Part shown: piece after piece, positions 48,234 through 61,510 of the stretch
Numbering within the stretch: the first letter of the stretch is position 1
Layout of the letters: the number at the start of each line of letters is the position of its first letter
NCBI GenBank assembly: GCA_008012315.1
Contig: SSEL01000033.1
Coordinates: forward strand, 5,716-69,715
Direction: 5' to 3'
Origin: Rhodospirillaceae bacterium
Lineage (GTDB): Bacteria > Pseudomonadota > Alphaproteobacteria > Dongiales > Dongiaceae
DNA: 64,000 nucleotides
Notes under the pieces: generated by a model
Databases searched by the model: none
Seen by the model: only the letters and a program-made list of their open reading frames with translations
Told to the model about the DNA's origin: nothing
Program-made: the position numbers and the translations under genes

Positions 48234-48500
48234 TCAGTCAAGATTGGCGGGTTCGGTGGCAACGGCGCCATCCGGTCCCAGCACGATTTTGTCCACCTTC
48301 AACTGCGCCTCGCGCAGCTTGGCCTCGCAATGGCGCTTCAGCAAGGCGCCACGCTCATAAGATTTGATGGCGTCGTCCAGCTTGTTGTCGCCGCGTTCCA
48401 GGCGCTTCACCAAGTCCTGCAACTCGGCCAAAGCCTCCTCGAAACTGAGCGCGGCAATATCGCTCGGCAACTTGCCGCCCGAATGTCCTTCCTCGGCCAT
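48234..48500 (-). CDS. xseB: Exodeoxyribonuclease VII small subunit
   Basis: LSFEEALAELQDLVKRLERG...YERGALLKRHCEAKLREAQLKV. Confidence 0.95.
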   Translation of the reverse strand: MAEEGHSGGKLPSDIAALSFEEALAELQDLVKRLERGDNKLDDAIKSYERGALLKRHCEAKLREAQLKVDKIVLGPDGAVATEPANLD

Positions 48501-48699
48501 ACCTAACCCCAAAACAAAGCAGCCGCCCGAATGTCCTTGCGCCCGGTGAAGGAAATCGCGAGGGGAATTCGGCGGCATCACAACGAGTTGGCCATCTTAA
48601 TGGCCCTTGTGCGAAGCAGCAAGTATCGCGGGCAAGAACCCGCCCTGCCACGTATCCTCCAGCCAATTATCTGTGGATAACATTGTGTTGGGAGCTTGC

Positions 48700-49626
48700 T
48701 CAGGCCGCCATCAAGGCAGCGACATGGGCGGCGGCGCTTTCGGCCAGCGCCTTCAGGTCATAGCCGCCTTCCAGGGTCGAAACCACCCGCCCCTGGCAGC
48801 ATCGATCGGCCAAAGCCATTAATTCTTGGGTCGCCCAGGCAAAATCCTCGGCCTCGAAGGCCAGATTCGCCAGCGGATCCGCCCGGTGGGCATCGAATCC
48901 GGCGGAAATGAGCAACAGATCGGGCCGGAAAGCCTCGACCGTCGGCAGGACGATGTCGCTCATCGCCGCCCGGAACTCCGCCGATCCGGCACCCGGCGGC
49001 AAAGGCGCATTGCAGATATTGCCGCAGCCGGTTTCCTGCACCGCCCCGGTGCCGGGATAAAGCGGCATCTGATGGGTCGAGGCAAAAAACAGGCTGGGAT
49101 CGGCTTCGAACATGTGCTGGGTGCCATTACCGTGATGGACGTCGAAATCCACCACCGCCACCCGCCCCCAGCCATGGGTGGCCCGGGCATGGGCGGCCGC
49201 GATGGCGATATTGTTGAACAGACAAAAACCCATGGCCCGAGTCGCTTCGGCGTGATGGCCAGGCGGCCGAATGGCGCAAAACGCATTCCTGACCTGGCCG
49301 GCTGCTACCGCATCGACCGCCGCCATGGTCGCCCCGGCGGCCCGCAAGGCAGCCTGCCCCGATCCCGGCGACACGATCGTATCGCCATCCAGCATCGCAT
49401 AATCCTCATCGGGGATCGCGCCCAAGACGGCCTCGACATAATCCGCGCCATGGACCCGGGCGATCGCAGCGCGCGATGCCAGCGGCGCCTCGATACGCTG
49501 CAGCGCAGCAAATTCCGGCCGATCAAGCGCCGCGAGAACGACCCGCAAACGGTCGATGCGTTCCGGATGGCCGGGACCGGTATCGTGTTCCAGACAGGCC
49601 GGATGCGTCACCAGGGCAGTCGTCAT
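48700..49626 (-). CDS. Histone deacetylase family amidohydrolase
   Basis: HPERIDRL, RPPGHHA, GFCLFNN, DFDVHHGNGTQ, SAGFDAH, LEGGY. Confidence 0.93.
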   Translation of the reverse strand: MTTALVTHPACLEHDTGPGHPERIDRLRVVLAALDRPEFAALQRIEAPLASRAAIARVHGADYVEAVLGAIPDEDYAMLDGDTIVSPGSGQAALRAAGATMAAVDAVAAGQVRNAFCAIRPPGHHAEATRAMGFCLFNNIAIAAAHARATHGWGRVAVVDFDVHHGNGTQHMFEADPSLFFASTHQMPLYPGTGAVQETGCGNICNAPLPPGAGSAEFRAAMSDIVLPTVEAFRPDLLLISAGFDAHRADPLANLAFEAEDFAWATQELMALADRCCQGRVVSTLEGGYDLKALAESAAAHVAALMAA

Positions 49627-50000
49627 GCGGACCTCCGTTGCGTAAGGCCGGCAAGGCAGAGCGATAGCCAGCCCAGCATCATCAAGACCCCGCCGAGGGG
49701 CGTAATGGCGCCCAGCCAGCGTTGCTGCAGGAAGGCTAGTAGATAGAGGCTGCCGGCGAAGATCAATGCACCCCAGAAAAAACCATGGGCCGCAAACGTG
49801 ATCCAGCGTGAGGACAGACGCTCGCCTAAGGCTACCAGGCCAACCAGGGCCGCGGCATGCCAGAGCTGATAGCTCGCCCCGGTCTTGACCCAATCGACGA
49901 TGCGGGGATCGCCAAGCTGGCTCAGGTCATGGGCGGCGAAAGCGCCGAAACCAACGCCCATCAAGCCGGTGATACCGGCGGCGATCAACCAATGACGCAT
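49623..50000 (-). CDS. DUF423 (YgdD/TMEM256) membrane protein
   Basis: GFGAFAAH, TGASYQLWHA, FAGSLY, LGAITPLGG. Confidence 0.9.
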   Translation of the reverse strand: MRHWLIAAGITGLMGVGFGAFAAHDLSQLGDPRIVDWVKTGASYQLWHAAALVGLVALGERLSSRWITFAAHGFFWGALIFAGSLYLLAFLQQRWLGAITPLGGVLMMLGWLSLCLAGLTQRRSA

Positions 50001-50132
50001 CTGTAACTGCCTCCGCTCAGGGCAAGTGGTGTAAAGAAAAGTCTATCGATGTTATGGCAGTATGGCATTATCGCCTCGGCAGCATATTGTCACACCGATG
50101 ATCGATATCGACTTTGATAGGCCTGAGACAGA

Positions 50133-50918
50133 ATGACCGACCAATCCATCCTTCTGGACCGCCGCGATAACATCCTGCATCTGACGCTCAACCGTCCCGA
50201 CAAGCTGAACAGCTTGACGGCTGCCATGTTAAGCGAGCTGGGCGATGTTCTGTCGGATATCGGCACGGATGATGAGGCGCGGGTTCTCGTCATCACCGGT
50301 GCCGGTCGCGGCTTCTGCGCCGGCCAGGATTTGCGCGAAGCCGGCGCGATCGGCGATGGCCGCAGCGTCCGCAATGTCATCGAACGGCACTACAATCCGA
50401 TCATTCGCCAGATTCGCGGCCTTGCCATGCCGGTGGTGGCGGCCGTCAATGGCATTGCCGCCGGAGCGGGCGCCAATCTGGCTTTGGCCTGCGATATCGT
50501 CGTTGCCGCCGAAAGCGCCAGTTTCGCGCAGGCTTTCAGCCGCATCGGCCTCATCCCCGATGCCGGCGGCACCTATTTCCTGCCGCGTCTGGTCGGCCAT
50601 GCACGCGCCCTGGGCCTGACGATGCTGGGCGATGCGATCGATGCCCGCAAGGCCGCCGACTGGGGGATGATCTGGGAGGCCGTGCCCGATGCCGATTTCC
50701 CGGCCGCGGTCGATGCCTTGAGCAAGCGGCTTGCCGAAATGCCGACCGTGGCCCTCGCCTTGATGAAGCAGGCGCTCAATGCCAGCGGCCATCATTCGCT
50801 GGAACAGCAGCTTGCCACCGAAGCGGAATTGCAGCCGATCGCCGCTGAAACCGAGGACTTCCAGGAAGGTGTGCAGGCTTTCCTCGGCAAACGCCAGGCC
50901 CGCTTCTTCGGCCGCTGA
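50133..50918 (+). CDS. paaG: PaaG-type crotonase (enoyl-CoA isomerase)
   Basis: GRGFCAGQDL, HYNPIIR, VNGIAAGAGANLALACD, IGLIPDAGGTYFLPRLVG. Confidence 0.82.
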   Translation: MTDQSILLDRRDNILHLTLNRPDKLNSLTAAMLSELGDVLSDIGTDDEARVLVITGAGRGFCAGQDLREAGAIGDGRSVRNVIERHYNPIIRQIRGLAMPVVAAVNGIAAGAGANLALACDIVVAAESASFAQAFSRIGLIPDAGGTYFLPRLVGHARALGLTMLGDAIDARKAADWGMIWEAVPDADFPAAVDALSKRLAEMPTVALALMKQALNASGHHSLEQQLATEAELQPIAAETEDFQEGVQAFLGKRQARFFGR

Positions 50919-50933
50919 GAAAGAAAAATCACC

Positions 50934-51701
50934 ATGCTGCCGATCGCCGACCGCTGGTTCGATATCCAACGCATCAGCGACGACATCACCTTGCTCTATG
51001 AACCCCATGTCGTGCCGCTCATGCGATGCAATATCTGGCATGTGCGTGGTCGCGACCGGGATCTGCTCATCGATACAGGCATGGGCATCACCAGCCTGCG
51101 CGATGCCGCCGCTCATCTTCTGGAAAAGAAGGTGACCGCGGTGGCGACGCATACCCATGCGGATCATATCGGCGGCCATCATGAATTCGAACACACGCTA
51201 GTCCATCGCCTGGAAGCCGATAATCTGCACACACCGACCGAACGCGGAACGCTGCTCTCCTCTGTGATCGGCGAAGATGAGATTCGCAAGTTCAGTGTTG
51301 CCGGCTATCCGATCGAGGACGATCTCATCACCGCCCTGCCGCATGCAGGCTACGATCTCGCGAGCTATTACATCCAGCCCTCAAGCGTGACCGAGATCGT
51401 CGAGGAAGGCGATGTGGTCGATATCGGCAACCGGCATTTCGAGGTGCTGCATCTGCCGGGTCACTCGCCGGGCAGCATCGGCCTGTGGGAAGCCGGCACC
51501 GGCACGCTGTTTTCCGGCGATGCGATCTATGACGGACCGCTGCTGGACGAGGTCGAAGGCGCGCATATTCCGACCTATATCCGCACCATGAAGCGATTGC
51601 GCGACTTGCCGGTGCAGATTGTTCATGCCGGCCATGATCCCAGTTTCGGCCGCCAGCGTCTGGTCGAACTGGTGGACGCCTATCTGGCCAAGCGAACCTG
51701 A
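50934..51701 (+). CDS. Metallo-beta-lactamase fold hydrolase
   Basis: THTHADHIGG (HxHxDH), LPGHSPGS, FSGD, HAGH. Confidence 0.9.
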   Translation: MLPIADRWFDIQRISDDITLLYEPHVVPLMRCNIWHVRGRDRDLLIDTGMGITSLRDAAAHLLEKKVTAVATHTHADHIGGHHEFEHTLVHRLEADNLHTPTERGTLLSSVIGEDEIRKFSVAGYPIEDDLITALPHAGYDLASYYIQPSSVTEIVEEGDVVDIGNRHFEVLHLPGHSPGSIGLWEAGTGTLFSGDAIYDGPLLDEVEGAHIPTYIRTMKRLRDLPVQIVHAGHDPSFGRQRLVELVDAYLAKRT

Positions 51702-51816
51702 CAGCCCTATTTCGGCTTTGGGATTGCGCCCGTATGCCTTGCCAGCCTCCAACCGGCAGCCTATAGACATCGCCGGCTCTACCCGTGAGCTAGGATTAAC
51801 GGAGTGGATCAGGCTT

Positions 51817-52596
51817 ATGACCATGGCGAACCAGCCGGCAGACCAACTGACAGTTGAATTGGAACGTATCGCACTCGCGGCCGGCGAGGTCATCTTGCGC
51901 ATCTATGAAAGCGATTTCGCGCATCAGCATAAATCCGACAAATCGCCAGTGACGGAAGCCGATGTGGCGGCGGAAGCGGTGATTGCGGAGGAATTGGGCA
52001 AGCTGACCCCGGATATCCCGCTGGTCGCCGAGGAAGCGGCGGCGGCCGGCGGCTTGCCGGCCGAAGCGGCGGTGCGTTTCTGGCTGGTCGACCCGTTGGA
52101 CGGCACCAAGGAATTCATCGCCCGCAACGGCGAATTCACCGTGAATATCGCTTTGATCGAGAACGGCAGCCCGAAGCTGGGTGTGGTTCATGTACCTGTC
52201 CTCGGCCAGACCTATGCCGGCGACGGTAAGACCGCCTGGCGGCGCGTGAACAAGGGCGCCTATGAGACGATCCGAACCCGTGCCGTTCCCACCGATGGCG
52301 CGGTGATGACGATCAGCCGCTCCCATGCCGCCAAGGAACTGGTCAAGGCCGAGGAAATGGGCGTGAAGATCGCCGATACGCTGGTCGCCGGCAGCTCGCT
52401 GAAATTCTGCCGGCTGGCGGAAGGCGTTGCCGATATCTATCCGCGCTTCGGCCCGACCATGGAATGGGACACTGCCGCCGGCCATGCCGTTCTGGTCTCG
52501 GCCGGCGGATCGGTCCGCCAACTCGACGGCGCGCCGCTGCCTTATGGCAAGCCGGGTTTTCTCAACCCGCATTTCATCGCCCGCGGCCGGGATTAA
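51817..52596 (+). CDS. cysQ: 3'(2'),5'-bisphosphate nucleotidase
   Basis: SPVTEAD, WLVDPLDGTKEF, EFTVNIAL, GSSLKFCRLAEG, EWDTAAGHA. Confidence 0.94.
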   Translation: MTMANQPADQLTVELERIALAAGEVILRIYESDFAHQHKSDKSPVTEADVAAEAVIAEELGKLTPDIPLVAEEAAAAGGLPAEAAVRFWLVDPLDGTKEFIARNGEFTVNIALIENGSPKLGVVHVPVLGQTYAGDGKTAWRRVNKGAYETIRTRAVPTDGAVMTISRSHAAKELVKAEEMGVKIADTLVAGSSLKFCRLAEGVADIYPRFGPTMEWDTAAGHAVLVSAGGSVRQLDGAPLPYGKPGFLNPHFIARGRD

Positions 52597-52616
52597 GGCG
52601 ACGGCTCCCGGATGAC

Positions 52617-53588
52617 ATGGCTGCGATGACACGGCTGCTGCCCGCCACCTTCGCCAATATTGCCGAAGCCGGGCAGGTCCTGCGTGCCGGCAAGCTGGTC
52701 GCCTTTCCGACGGAAACGGTTTATGGGCTGGGCGGCAATGCCTTGGACGATCATGCCGTGGCGGCGATCTACGAGGCCAAGAACCGGCCCGACTTCAATC
52801 CGCTGATCGTGCATGTGCCGAGCCCGGATGCCGCGGCCGCCTATGTCCGGTTAACCGACGATGCCACCTTATTGGCGCGGCATTTCTGGCCCGGCCCGCT
52901 CACCTTGATCCTGCCGCGGCTAAAGGACTGCAAGCTGTCGCTGCTGCTCAGTGCCGGCCTCGATACCGTCGCCATCCGCGTGCCCCATCATCCGGTGGCG
53001 CAACGGCTGCTGACCGATTGCCGCCTCCCCTTGGCGGGGCCGAGCGCCAATCCCTCCGGCCGCATCAGCCCGACTTGTCCGGAGCATGTGATCGACGGGC
53101 TCGGCGGCAAGGTCGAGATCGTGCTCGATGGCGGCCCTTGCAAAGTCGGCATTGAATCCACCGTGCTGGATCTAACGGGCGATTGTCCCGCCATCCTGCG
53201 GCCAGGCGGCATCCTACCGGAGGCGATCTCCGCCGTGCTCGGCCATGAGGTGAGCTGGGGCCAAAGCGTTGAAAGCGACAAGCAGGGCCATAAAAGCCCC
53301 GGTCAGTTGAGCAGCCATTACGCGCCGACTTTGCCCGTCCGCCTGAATGCCGAAAGAGCCGAAGCGGGCGAGATTCTCCTGGGCTTCGGGCCAGACGCGC
53401 CCGCCAGCAGCCACAATCTCAGCCCCGCCGGCGACCTGACGGAAGCTGCCGCCAATCTTTTCGCCGCCTTGCGTGCTGCCGACCGCGCCGATTATCGCGG
53501 AATCGCCGTCATGCCGATTCCCGATACCGGCCTTGGCCTTGCAATCAACGACCGCCTGCGGCGGGCTGCGGCTCCACGTCCAAAGTAA
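52617..53588 (+). CDS. tsaC: Threonylcarbamoyl-AMP synthase (Sua5 long form)
   Basis: VAFPTETVYGLG, KNRPDFNPLIVH, PSANPSG, GIESTV, SPGQLSSHYAP, AINDRLRRAA. Confidence 0.94.
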   Translation: MAAMTRLLPATFANIAEAGQVLRAGKLVAFPTETVYGLGGNALDDHAVAAIYEAKNRPDFNPLIVHVPSPDAAAAYVRLTDDATLLARHFWPGPLTLILPRLKDCKLSLLLSAGLDTVAIRVPHHPVAQRLLTDCRLPLAGPSANPSGRISPTCPEHVIDGLGGKVEIVLDGGPCKVGIESTVLDLTGDCPAILRPGGILPEAISAVLGHEVSWGQSVESDKQGHKSPGQLSSHYAPTLPVRLNAERAEAGEILLGFGPDAPASSHNLSPAGDLTEAAANLFAALRAADRADYRGIAVMPIPDTGLGLAINDRLRRAAAPRPK

Positions 53589-53763
53589 GCATTTTATCCT
53601 TGGCCGGCACGTAAAAGTGATGAAATCGCGCGGGATAGAGCACGGCCCGGCAATCGTTTCCAGCGCGATCCAGCCCCGCGAGGGCTGAAACAAATGCTGC
53701 CGCCCGGCATCTCTTACCGGTATCTGCCGGAATCTGGCCAGCGGCAAGCGCATGGAGAGGAAA

Positions 53764-54249
53764 ATGTGGAAACGATTATCCCTGGCGACGGCGATCGGTA
53801 TCGCCATGGCTTTACCCCTGGCCACATCGCCCAGCTTTGCCGATGAAGGCGGCGTCAATGTCGGGTCGCTCAGTTGCCGCGTCGCCTCCGGTGTCAGCTT
53901 CATCTTCGGTTCGTCGCGCAACATGAATTGCGTCTTCACCCGCCCGGACGGCAAGAAGGAAAGCTATAGCGGCGAGATCAAGCGCTATGGCGTTGATATC
54001 GGCTATGTCAGTTCGGCGCGGATCATCTGGGGCGTCTTCGCTCCCAGCGGCAATATCGCGCCGGGTTCCCTTGCCGGCACCTATCTTGGCGGCAGCGCCA
54101 ATGTCACTGCCGGCGTCGGCCTGGGCGCCAATGCCTTGATCGGCGGCAGCAGCAAGACCATCTCGCTGCAGCCCTTGAGCCTGGAAGGCAACACCGGTCT
54201 GAATATCGCCGGCGGCATCGGTGAAATGGAGCTACGCCGCGGCAAATAA
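53764..54249 (+). CDS. DUF992 family exported protein
   Basis: Signal peptide; GSLSC...FIFGSSRNMNCVF, GANALIGG, LQPLSLEGNTGLNIA. Confidence 0.88.
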   Translation: MWKRLSLATAIGIAMALPLATSPSFADEGGVNVGSLSCRVASGVSFIFGSSRNMNCVFTRPDGKKESYSGEIKRYGVDIGYVSSARIIWGVFAPSGNIAPGSLAGTYLGGSANVTAGVGLGANALIGGSSKTISLQPLSLEGNTGLNIAGGIGEMELRRGK

Positions 54250-54338
54250 TATAGCCGGGCAGATGACGCAAAACCGGCTTTGCATCCTGCACGTGTCCAG
54301 CGCATCATGCGAGACCCGTGACTTCGAGGATGCGCGCA

Positions 54339-56113
54339 ATGCCCGATTATCAGGCTCCGCTGGACGATATCCGCTTCACCTTACGCCATATCGCCGGGCT
54401 GGAAGCGATCGCGCAATTGCCGGGCTATCAGGAAGCGAGCCTCGATACCTGCGACGCAATCCTGAGCGAGGCGGCGAAATTCGCTGCTGACGTCCTGGTG
54501 CCACTCAATCGCAGCGGCGATGCCGAAGGCGCGAAACTGGTGGATGGCAAGGTCCGTGTACCAACGGGCCAGGCGGAAGCCTATCGCCAATTCGCCGAAG
54601 CCGGCTGGAATTCCGTCGCCTTCGATCCGGATTTCGGCGGCCAGGGCATGCCCTGGGCCTTGACCACGGCGCTACAGGAAATCTGGAACGCCGCGAACAT
54701 GGCTTCTCGCTGTGTCCCCTGCTGACCCAGGGCGCCGTGGAAGCGCTACAGATCCACGGCAGCGAGGCGCAGAAAAAGACCTATCTCGCGCCCCTCATCG
54801 CCGGTCGCTGGACCGGCACGATGAACTTGACCGAACCGCAGGCCGGATCGGACCTTGGCGCACTGAAAACCCGTGCCGAGCCCAAGGGCGACCATCACCT
54901 CCTCACCGGCCAGAAGATCTTCATCACCTATGGCGACCACGAAATGGCCGAGAATATCGTGCATTTCGTCCTGGCGCGCTTGCCCGATGCGCCGAACGGA
55001 TCGAAAGGCATTTCGCTCTTCATCGTGCCGAAGTTCCTGGTCAATGCCGATGGCAGCCTGGGCGCGCGCAACGATGTGAAGGCCGTCGCGCTGGAACACA
55101 AGCTTGGCATTCATGCCAGCCCGACCTGCGTCATGGCCTATGGCGATGAAGGTGGCGCCGTCGGTTATCTGGTCGGCGAGCCCAATCGCGGCCTCGAATA
55201 TATGTTCACCATGATGAACAATGCTCGGCTTGCCGTCGGCGTGCAGGGGCTGGCCATCGCGGAGCGGGCCCTGCAGGCTGCGCGGGCCTATGCCGGCCAG
55301 CGGGTGCAAGGCACGACACCCGGCAACGATCCCGCCGCCCGTCTGCCGATCCACCATCATCCGGATATCCGCCGCAGCCTGATGGCGATGCGCGCCTGGA
55401 GCGAAGCGACACGCTGCCTGATTTATTTTGCCGCCGGTACACTGGACCGCGCGAAGCGGCATCCGGATTCCACTGAGCGTGCGGATTATCAGGCCCTGGT
55501 CGATCTGCTGATTCCCATCGCCAAGGCCTGGTCGACCGATCGCGGGGTTACGGCTGCCTCGCTGGGTGTGCAGATTCATGGCGGGGCCGGCTTCATCGAA
55601 GAAACCGGTGTCGCGCAATTCTATCGCGATGCCCGGATCGCGCCGATCTATGAAGGCACCAATGGCATTCAGGCGATCGACCTGCTCGGCCGCAAATTGC
55701 TGCGCGACGGCGGCCGCACGGCGCATGGCCTGATCGCCGCCATGACCGTTACGCTCAAGGCATTGAAAGCCAATAGCGACCCCGAGGTCAAAATACTTGC
55801 CAATCATCTCGAACCGACCCTGACCGCGCTCGCCAATGCGACGGAATATCTTTTGAAACTGGGTGAGGCGGAGATTGCCCGCGCCCTGGCCGGTGCCTCG
55901 CCCTACCTCGACTTGTTCGGCCTGGTCCTGGGTGGCTGGCTCCTGGCGAAGTCGACCCTCGCGGCCCGCGACAGAGGCGATCCGATCCGGGATGAGAAAC
56001 TGGCGGTGACCCAGTTCTATATGGCGAATCACTTGCCGCAGGCCTTGGCTCTGGAAATTGCCATCGTCAGCGGCGCCGACAGCGTCCTGAAACTGCCGCC
56101 GGAGCGCATCTGA
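54339..56113 (+). pseudogene. Acyl-CoA dehydrogenase split by an apparent 1-bp deletion at about 54704 (true pseudogene or sequencing error)
   Basis: The N-terminal half (MPDYQAPLDDIRF...EIWNAANMA) and C-terminal half (GTMNLTEPQAGSDLG, KIFITYG, MFTMMNNARL, IYEGTNGIQA) are in different frames. Adding one T to GCTTCTCG restores NMAFSLCPLLTQGAVEAL. Confidence 0.85.
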
Positions 56114-56232
56114 CGGCCTGATTTGCCGATGCCGGATCAGTGATCGCGACGGCTGCGGAATGGATCGACAAGTTCAACGCAACCGGCTACCAAATTGGGA
56201 GTCTCCCCTGTCGCCGAGCTTGAGCTACCGTC

Positions 56233-57822
56233 ATGCCCGATCATCCGCGCAAAATCCTGCTGATTTCCGCCGACCAATGGCGCGGCGAATGCCTCTCCGC
56301 CGTCGGGCATCCAGTCGTCAAGACACCGCATCTCGATGCACTTGCGGCGGAGAGCGTCCTGTTCAAGCATCACTACACCACTTGCGCCCCGTGCGGGCCG
56401 GCGCGTACCAGCTTGCTGACCGGCATGTATCTGATGAATCATCGCTCCGGCCGCAACGGCACACCGCTGGACGCACGCTATACCAATCTCGCTTATGAAG
56501 CCCGCAAGGCCGGCTATGATCCGACCTTGTTCGGCTATACCGATACCAGCCAGGATCCGCGCGGCAAGGCGCCGAACGATCCGATGCTCAAGACCTATGA
56601 AGGCGTCATGCCGGGCTTTACCGTCGGCTTGCCCCTTCCCGACCACATGATGCCGTGGGTCGCCGATCTGAAGGCTAAAGGCTACAAGTTCAACGACCGT
56701 TCGGATGTCTATAAACCGCGCCAGGATGTGTCGCTGCCCGCCGATCGCGGCCATAGCTTCCTGCCGACGATTTTCAAAGCTGAAGACAGTGAAACCGCCT
56801 TCATGGCCGACACCGTCTTGAAGTGGCTCTCGGTGCGCCAGGACCAGGATTGGTTCGTTCATTGCGTCTTCCTGCGGCCGCATCCGCCGGTCATCGCGCC
56901 GGAACCCTATAACGCGTTATACGATCCGAAGGACGTTGCCATGCCTCGGCGCCAGGCGACAGCGGAAAAGGAAGCGGCGCAGCATCCGCATGTGAAATTG
57001 TGGATTGATCATTTCCGGGAACATTCGGGTTACGACGAGCACAATCCGAATAATCTCGTGACGATAGATGAGCTCAATCTGCGCCAGATGCGCGCCACCT
57101 ATTACGCCATGATCAGCCAGGTCGACGATCAGATCGGCCGGATCATCGCGCATCTGAAAGCGACCGGCGAATATGAGAACACACTGATCGTCTTTACCTG
57201 CGATCACGCGGAGATGGGCGGCGATCACTATACCTGGGGCAAGGAAACTTATTTCGACCAGAGCTTCCATATTCCACTGATCATCCGCGACCCGCGCCGC
57301 ACCGCCGATAGCGGGCGTGGCAGCCAAGTCGATCAATTCACTGAGTCCGTCGATATCGTGCCGACGATCCTCGATTGGCTGGGCCGGGACATTCCGGCGC
57401 AATGCGACGGCCATTCCTTGCTGCCTTTCCTCGAGGGCAACACGCCGGCCGACTGGCGCGCCGAGGTGCATTACGAAGTGGATTTTCGCTATACGCCGAA
57501 TCTACCCGGCCTTGACGCTGAAACCCGGCTGGGCCTGAAACCGGACGATTGCTACCTGACCGTCATCCGCGACCGGCATTACAAATATGTGCATTTCGCG
57601 ACCTTGCCGCCGCTGCTCTTCGATCTGACCCGCGATCCCGCCGAAATGAACAATTTGGCGGATCAGGCGGAACAGGCACCTATCCTGCTGCGTTATGCTC
57701 AAAAGATGTTGAGCTGGCGCATGCGCCATGCCGACCGGACCTTGGCCAATTTGCATCTCAGCAAAGAAGGCGTATTCGACGGCTATCAGCGGCGCCCAGT
57801 TTCTCAAGGCAGAATTTCTTAA
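56233..57822 (+). CDS. Sulfatase/alkaline phosphatase superfamily, phosphonate monoester hydrolase-like
   Basis: LISADQWRGECL, CGPARTSLLTG (CxPxR formylglycine motif), YLMNHR, TCDHAEMGGDH, LFDLTRDP. Confidence 0.88.
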   Translation: MPDHPRKILLISADQWRGECLSAVGHPVVKTPHLDALAAESVLFKHHYTTCAPCGPARTSLLTGMYLMNHRSGRNGTPLDARYTNLAYEARKAGYDPTLFGYTDTSQDPRGKAPNDPMLKTYEGVMPGFTVGLPLPDHMMPWVADLKAKGYKFNDRSDVYKPRQDVSLPADRGHSFLPTIFKAEDSETAFMADTVLKWLSVRQDQDWFVHCVFLRPHPPVIAPEPYNALYDPKDVAMPRRQATAEKEAAQHPHVKLWIDHFREHSGYDEHNPNNLVTIDELNLRQMRATYYAMISQVDDQIGRIIAHLKATGEYENTLIVFTCDHAEMGGDHYTWGKETYFDQSFHIPLIIRDPRRTADSGRGSQVDQFTESVDIVPTILDWLGRDIPAQCDGHSLLPFLEGNTPADWRAEVHYEVDFRYTPNLPGLDAETRLGLKPDDCYLTVIRDRHYKYVHFATLPPLLFDLTRDPAEMNNLADQAEQAPILLRYAQKMLSWRMRHADRTLANLHLSKEGVFDGYQRRPVSQGRIS

Positions 57823-61127
<3,305 letters not shown>

Positions 61128-61156
61128 TCGCGATCCAGAATTCGGGGAGATAGACT

Positions 61157-61462
61157 GTGTTCAAGATTGACAGCAGCCGCGCCGATTTGGCGGCGGCCTA
61201 TAAAAAGAATCCGCTGGATACCTATCCCAGTCCGGCCTTGCAAAAAGTGTTGCAACGTTTGCGTTGGGGCAATGCCCGTGGCCGCACCATCGTCGTCTGC
61301 ACCGTGCCCGAGCGGGAATGGCGCCTTGGCAAAATGGGTACGCGGCGCGGCATGCCGGTCGAGATCGACGGCCAAGCTTATAACCGCTACGAAGACGCCC
61401 TTTGGGCCTGCTTTCGCGCCCGCTGGCGCGAAGTGTCCGGCGAAGACTGTCCTGTCGCATAG
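61157..61462 (+). CDS. N,N-dimethylformamidase-like small (alpha) subunit
   Basis: NP....PSPALQKVLQRLR...GR...EDALWACFRARW resembles the recalled DmfA1 pattern NP...PSP.LQRV...R..GR...EEA..AVF..R; lies directly upstream of a DMFase beta gene. Confidence 0.65.
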   Translation: MFKIDSSRADLAAAYKKNPLDTYPSPALQKVLQRLRWGNARGRTIVVCTVPEREWRLGKMGTRRGMPVEIDGQAYNRYEDALWACFRARWREVSGEDCPVA

Positions 61463-61510
61463 CCGCACCTTCGCTTTCGCCCAAATCATATTCCGTTTCT
61501 AGGCCAAAAA

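Noticed and set aside
48672-48680. Perfect DnaA box TGTGGATAA upstream of xseB / possible oriC
   Set aside because: It is a single box in a short intergenic region, with no box cluster or AT-rich unwinding element; compatible with chance.
54690-54725. Programmed ribosomal frameshift in the acyl-CoA dehydrogenase
   Set aside because: There is no slippery heptamer or stimulatory structure; a simple 1-nt deletion explains it.
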